Shown piece after piece: positions 37,008 to 39,859 of a DNA stretch of 39,859 bases (positions are counted from its first letter, which is position 1; every line of letters begins with the position of its first letter). The stretch is from Nemertoderma westbladi. Lineage: Eukaryota; Animalia; Xenacoelomorpha. The stretch lies in contig JAUCBJ010007855.1 in NCBI GenBank assembly GCA_032718475.1, positions 1 through 39,859 on the forward strand, given 5' to 3'. The translations under genes were made by a program, and so were the position numbers. Below the pieces are notes generated by a model. The model saw only the letters and a list, made by a program, of their open reading frames with translations. It had not been told where the DNA came from and searched no databases.

Positions 37008-37287
37008 AATATTACTGTAACGCGATACAATATTACTGTAACGCGATACAATATTACTGTAACGCGATACAATATTACTGTAACGCGATACAATATTACT
37101 GTAACGCGATACAATATTACTGTAACGCGATACAATATTACTGTAACGCGATACAATATTACTGTAACGCGATACAATATTACTGTAACGCGATACAATA
37201 TTACTGTAACGCGATACAATATTACTGTAACGCGATACAATATTACTGTAACGCGATACAATATTACTGTAACGCGATACAATATTA
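37008..37287. repeat. 21-bp minisatellite (AATATTACTGTAACGCGATAC), 13 perfect units
   Basis: Perfect tandem repeat, unrelated to the C-rich 21-mer. Confidence 0.98.
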
Positions 37288-37480
37288 TGCGTTTGACAAT
37301 ATGGCACCAATAATTAGATAACAAATGTTTCAAAAAATAAACTCCAAACCACAATTGAAGGGCTGAGCATAAAAAGTTCCTATGTGACAAAAGTGTCATT
37401 CTGCGATAATCACACTTTTGCGATTTTTTTACCTACACATTACAGTTGATGTTGGCATTCTGTATTTTTGGATGCAAGTA

Positions 37481-38282
37481 CAGCATGTCCCAGAATATAG
37501 TGTCGTAATTCAGTGACACGCCCCCCACCCCCCCCCCCCCCCCCCCCCCTAATTTTTCTACAAATCGTAATGAGATTGCATGAAATTTGAAACAGAGATA
37601 GTTTCACCTCCCAACCACTGACTGGGTGAGCCAGAATTTTTATTTTTGCTTTCATTCTTTAGCTACAAGCGTTTAAAAAAAGCGTCTCCGTCGATAATGA
37701 ACCAGTTACACCGCAGTTATTCTTCAAACATTTAGCGATTTATAGGTACTAGTGGAAAGCTGACCGTGCAAGGATTCCAAATATGTAAAAATATTGGAAT
37801 TTGGTTGGGGAATAACTGAGATATAAGCATTCGAATTTTGCATGTATTTGCTTCCGCTGCAGGCCATTTATTCTATTAAATAAATACACAATGTTCTAGA
37901 ACATTTTGTTTATCTCATAAGTAGTTTGGCAACAATGCAATGCCTACATGATAATACTAGTATATGGATATTCATACATAATCAAAATCTTCTAGAACAT
38001 TGTGTATTTATTTTATAGAATAATATTTTTTATTTAATAGAATAAATAGCCTGCAGCGGAAGCAAATACATGCAACATTCGAATGCCCATCTCAGCTATT
38101 TCAGCTATATTATCACATATTTGGAATCCTTGCACGGTCAGCTTTCCACTAGTACCTATAAATCACTAAATGTTTAAAGAATTTCAGGCAATCTCATTAC
38201 GATTTGTATAATTTTTTTTTTTTGGGGGGGGGGGGGGGGGGGCATGTACCTGAATAACGACACTATATTCCAGGACATGCTG
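37481..38282. mobile_element. Palindromic MITE (Tc1/mariner-like), copy 2
   Basis: TA|CAGCATGTCC...GGACATGCTG|TA, with long inverted arms and a deletion in the right arm. Confidence 0.92.
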
Positions 38283-38606
38283 TACATAGATGAACATCAA
38301 AATCATTACTTTAAAAGAAAAAATTTCAAAATTTTCAAAATTGATTTGCATATATCAGGCAGTATTGTACAAAGACCTTTTTTGTTTATGTCTTTGCGAT
38401 TTTTACTGTACATAGGACTATTTTACTCCAGGATATCAGGCAGTATTGTTCATATGATCTCAGAACCTTATTGGTAAGTTAAGTTAGGTCTCATAGGACC
38501 TCTGCATGAGAATAACTCTGATTCTAAGAAAATGTCACATAGGACCTTTTTATGCCCAGCCCTTCAATTATTGGAAGATGTTAAATCGTATTCTTTTGTT
38601 ACATTT

Positions 38607-39859
38607 GGTCCCTGAGAGGGTGTGTGTGTATGTATGGTTGTACATAATGGAACAACATGGTCCCTGAGAGTGGGTGTGTGTGTGTATGTATGGTTGTACA
38701 TAATGGAACAACATGGTCCCTGAGAGTGGGTGTGTGTGTGTATGTATGGTTGTACATAATGGAACAACATGGTCCCTGAGAGTGGGTGTGTGTGTGTATG
38801 TATGGTTGTACATAATGGAACAACATGGTCCCTGAGAGTGGGTGTGTGTGTGTATGTATGGTTGTACATAATGGAACAACATGGTCCCTGAGAGTGGGTG
38901 TGTGTGTGTGTATGTATGGTTGTACATAATGGAACAACATGGTCCCTGAGAGTGGGTGTGTGTGTGTGTATGTATGGTTTGTATATAATGGAACAACATG
39001 GTCCCTGAGAGTGGGTGTGTGTGTGTATGTATGGTTGTACATAATGGAACAACATGGTCCCTGAGAGTGGGTGTGTGTGTGTATGTATGGTTGTACATAA
39101 TGGAACAACATGGTCCCTGAGAGTGGGTGTGTGTGTGTATGTATGGTTGTACATAATGGAACAACATGGTCCCTGAGAGGGTGTGTGTGTGTGTATGTAT
39201 GGTTGTACATAATGGAACAACATGGTCCCTGAGAGTGGGTGTGTGTGTGTATGTATGGTTGTACATAATGGAACAACATGGTCCCTGAGAGTATGGTTGT
39301 ACATAATGGAACAACATGGTCCCGAGAGTGGGTGTGTGTGTGTATGTATGGTTGTACATAATGGAACAACATGGTCCCTGAGAGTGGGTGTGTGTGTGTA
39401 TGTATGGTTGTACATAATGGAACAACATGGTCCCTGAGAGTGGGTGTGTGTGTGTATGTATGGTTGTACATAATGGAACAACATGGTCCCTGAGAGGGGG
39501 TGTGTGTGTGTATGTATGGTTGTACATAATGGAACAATATGGTCCCTGAGAGTGGGTGTGTGTGTGTATGTATGGTTGTACATAATGGAACAACATGGTC
39601 CCTGAGAGTGGGTGTGTGTGTGTATGTATGGTTGTACATAATGGAACAACATGGTCCCTGAGAGGGGGTGTGTGTGTGTATGTATGGTTGTACATAATGG
39701 AACAACATGGTCCCGAGAGTGGGTGTGTGTGTGTATGTATGGTTGTACATAATGGAACAACATGGTCCCTGAGAGTGGGTGTGTGTGTGTATGTATGGTT
39801 GTACATAATGGAACAACATGGTCCCTGAGAGTGGGTGTGTGTGTGTATGTATGGTTGTA
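38607..39859. repeat. 56-bp minisatellite with an embedded (GT)n tract, running off the right edge
   Basis: GGTCCCTGAGAGTGG(GT)nATGTATGGTTGTACATAATGGAACAACAT, ~22 units; length variation lies mostly in the GT tract. Confidence 0.98.

Noticed and set aside
36968-37399. (ILYRVTV)n and (IVSRYSN)n ORFs
   Set aside because: Translation of a perfect 21-bp minisatellite.
38415-38618. Two possible small + strand exons (CATAG|...|GTAAGT)
   Set aside because: Joined frames hit stops or are incompatible, and the region is an old degenerate repeat (ATATCAGGCAGTATTGT twice, CATAGGAC three times). Not supportable without RNA data.
38564-39828. ~400-aa His/Thr-rich ORFs
   Set aside because: Three overlapping frames of a 56-bp satellite with (CA)n tracts.

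Overview
Eukaryotic (probably invertebrate animal; inference) repeat-rich DNA with no prokaryotic operon or CRISPR signal. From left to right: (1) 1-~9053: the 5' half of a minus-strand BEL/Pao LTR retrotransposon. Its gag is split by an antisense, 5'-truncated RTE-clade LINE with a perfect 32-bp target-site duplication (TSD). Removing the LINE restores one open frame of at least 1187 codons that ends in the three BEL zinc knuckles, a part missed by the ORF track. (2) 9572-13949: a 41/44-bp minisatellite hit twice at the same motif, by a CRE-clade retroelement tail and by a non-autonomous Mutator-like element. (3) 14815-15363: an intact, intronless LITAF-domain gene on the minus strand. (4) Two long palindromic TA-type MITEs (15747-16671, 37481-38282). 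(5) 16852-34595: three copies of a [21-bp C-rich satellite array + ~2.47-kb AT-rich spacer] unit with period ~5.25-5.35 kb; the middle spacer is a recombinant of the outer two. (6) A probable host promoter and first exon at ~34.6-34.75 kb, followed by 36-, 21- and 56-bp minisatellites. Most ORFs in the supplied track are artefacts of translating satellites. The least expected signals are a dense cluster of near-perfect 5' splice donors around the BEL gag zinc knuckles, the shared insertion site in the 44-mer, and the LITAF gene lying near TGTTCTAGAACA-rich repeats that recur in the spacers.
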